DNA of 64,000 nucleotides from the human T2T-CHM13v2.0 reference genome, Homo sapiens, in assembly GCF_009914755.1 (NCBI RefSeq), contig NC_060931.1; one strand, written 5' to 3'. Both the position numbers and the translations under genes were made by a program. Within the stretch, counting starts at the first letter, position 1; the number at the start of each line of letters is the position of its first letter. This document shows positions 60,960 through 64,000 of this stretch, piece after piece. Below the pieces are notes generated by a model. It ran no database searches. It worked only from the letters and a program-made list of their open reading frames with translations, and was not told where the DNA came from.

Positions 60960-61900
60960 CCCAGGTCTGGGAAGGGTTCAGCGGGGAGCCAGGCCAGGCC
61001 TCAGGAACAGCCAAGGGCTGAACACACATTAAGGCAGCCTCCTCCCCTTCGATGACAACCCTGGCCTGACTGGGTTAGGGACCAATGAGGCTGAGCCCTG
61101 CTGGTTAATGATCCACCACTCCCACTGTTTGGCCCCAGTCCACAGGCCCCCGCTTTAGATGAGCCTCATCACGCAGGTGCTAGGGTCTCCACTCACTTCC
61201 CAAAGCGACCGAAGCCAGAGGGCTGAGTCAGCTAGGGGAGAGACCACGCTATTAGCCCCTAACACTGCTGGAGTTGGTGCCAGGGCCTGGAGGCACAGAT
61301 GGGACCAGGCACTGGCTGGGACCCGGCCTCAGGAGCTCAGCATGGCCGAGGAACCTCCGCACCCTCCCTGGCTCAGCCTCAGACCCCAGCTCTGCCCTAC
61401 CCCCTCTTGGGACCAGGGCCAGCAATGGGCTCAGAGGAACCCTCTGCACTGTCATCCCTAGCAACTGTTGTTAATTAATATTAACAGCCTGATAACGGAG
61501 GGGCAGGCAGGGTGGAGTGACGCAGTGACAAAAGTCCCCTCCTCCAGGAAGCAAAGGGAAAGAACAGCTCACTCTAGGGCCTGACAGTTGACAGAGACCC
61601 CAGATAGTGGAAGACTCTCCTTTGCTCACTTTGCTCTTCATCCCCTCTTCCCCCCGACCTTCTCCCTCTTGTCCCTTGCCCAGGCCTGTCCCACCGGTCA
61701 CCCCTAGCAAGGGACAGAGCATGGCTGGGAGCCTTGAGCAGCAGCCCTGCTCCACCTGGGCCCAGGGGTGTGGTACACACTTTCTGCTCCCTCCTGATAG
61801 GAATCTTCAAGGCCTACCTTGGGTTCTCACTATCACCAGGATGGGCCATGACCTTTACCCCCATTTGGTAATGGGCCCCCATTACCAAAGCTGAGCTGCA
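60960..61900 (-). promoter_or_regulatory. NPC1L1: NPC1L1 5'UTR and promoter: SRE-like (61041-61050, 61512-61521, 61697-61706), CCAAT (61082-61086), HNF1-like GTTAATGATCCAC (61104-61116), AT-rich homeodomain plus GATA module (61470-61495), DR1 (61849-61861)
   Basis: Motifs read directly. They are consistent with known SREBP2, HNF1A, HNF4A and PPARA control of NPC1L1, but individual occupancy cannot be shown from sequence. Confidence 0.7.
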
Positions 61901-62993
61901 GATAAGGGCAGCTTGTTGGGAACATCTCCTGCGTGGCCACCTACTGGAGACAGCTGCAGGAAGGGACCTGTCTCTAGTGTTCTGTGGACCCCTGCCTGAT
62001 TCACAGGGGAGCCACCCAGCCTCATGCAGGAGAAGACAGAGGCTGAGAGGAAGGGGGCCAAGGCAGGGTCAGGCTGACCCCTAAGTCCTCAAGACAGCCA
62101 TAGTGGAGAGGAAGACAGTCAGCAGCCAAGGACCTGCCCCTGTGAGTGACAGCTCCATCCAGCACCTTCCCAGCACTGCTCCCAAGTCCCTGGCCGGCAG
62201 AGGCGGACACCCCACCACCCATGAAGCTGCCTCTCTAGGTCCTCTGTTCCCGGTGTTGTCATCTAGTTCCTCCAGAAACAGATCCTGAAACAAGGATCCC
62301 AGTGCAAAGAGTTTATTGGGGAGATGACCCCAGATGACAGCAGTCGGTGAATGGGGAATGAGCCAGGGGATGGAAGAAAGCTGACCAGAATGCATCCAAG
62401 AGCTTGCTCCTGCCCCCAGGGACCTCCGGGAGCTGGTGGGGACGTGCCCAAGAAGGTCCCCTCCAAGGAATAAGGACACAGACAGCTTTCCACCACATTC
62501 ATCTGTCACTGGTAGAGGACATTCCTGGAAGATTTCGCCCCAGCACGTGGCGGGCACCTTCAGTGTCAAAGGGCCTTAGGCAGGGCCGTGGGCACTTGCG
62601 ACAAGAAGACACTGTCAGCATGCACAGAGCTGTGTCAGAACAAAGATATGAAAGGCCCACCCTGCCTTTCATATGTTTCTTCCCATGGGGGCTGTCTAGG
62701 CTAAGCCCCTGGAGCCCAGCTGTGCCCAGTCTAGCACCACAGAGAGATAGAGTCCAGCTATGTGGTCTCCTGGGGTCATTTGTGAAACACACGCAGCATA
62801 ACAGCGGCACAATCCGGCTCGGAATGACAGTGAAAATTTCACACCCGATCTCCCAACCCAGCTGCCGGTGCCTCTGGACACACGTGCCGAGCTGTAACCA
62901 TATGATATGTACATGCATCCTGCTTTTTCTCTTGACTTTTCACATAAATCCTCCCTGTTGCCTTCAATCTCTGATCAGCACGTCCGTGACTAG

Positions 62994-63494
<501 letters not shown>

Positions 63495-64000
63495 CAATGT
63501 TTACGACTCTTACGTGGACAGCTCATTTCTTTCCTCAGGCTAATCTAGGATTTATTGGGTAATTATCAGATTCTCAGTTATTGGAATTTGGTGAAGGGTT
63601 GATGCCAGTCTTGGGTAATGAAGACTCGGTGATTTCCCGAGGGCCGTGACTCTTACCACTGACATGGGCAACTCGCAAAGGCACCATCTTCCCACAGTCT
63701 CACCTTCATCGTGTATTATGTTTGTCATTAGAACTTACTAATTTAATGACTGCCAGATAATACCTCATTTTCCACTTTCTATTGGTATTAGTAAGATTGA
63801 TATTATAAGTTTGATGTTAGAATCATAAGACAGGTCTGAAATGTGGCTACTCTGAGAAGGTCCCGAGAGGGGCCCAGAGCTGTGCCAGTTCACTGAGGGA
63901 GCAGCCGGGGGTGAGGCAGCCATCAGCAGAGCAGCCCTTTGTTGCTGGCTCCGGGGTGACACCTGGCAGAGGCTGCCCCAGGTGAGTCATGTACAGACAA

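Overview
Human (primate) genomic DNA that I recognise as the 7p13 NUDCD3-NPC1L1 interval. Both genes are on the minus strand. The left end holds the 5' part of NUDCD3: a CpG-island promoter, coding exon 1 (10144-10335) and exon 2 (4700-5016); the rest of the gene lies outside the window. The right half holds the complete NPC1L1 gene (intestinal cholesterol importer, ezetimibe target). I traced 19 constitutive coding exons with GT-AG boundaries; they sum to 3999 nt (1332 aa plus stop). There is also an in-frame 81-nt Alu-derived cassette exon (38306-38386), a 3'UTR with AATAAA, and a promoter with SRE-like, HNF1-like, CCAAT, GATA and DR1 motifs. The ~21 kb intergenic region and the large introns are mostly Alu, old L1, MaLR/THE1 LTRs and hAT/Tigger DNA-transposon relics, plus a U6 snRNA retrocopy and an RPL36A processed pseudogene. 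I found no new protein-coding gene or new multi-gene system; nearly all other ORFs in the track are Alu, L1 or antisense artefacts. The best leads are: (i) a three-Alu inverted-repeat arrangement that could act as an RNA-structure switch on the NPC1L1 Alu exon; (ii) repeated retrotransposon insertion into one target site, seen as triplicated TSDs; (iii) several fold-back or template-switch scars; (iv) a perfect palindrome abutting a DR1 site in the NPC1L1 promoter; (v) alleles suggesting a non-GRCh38 haplotype. Repeat family names, variant IDs and literature links are from memory and were not checked against any database.
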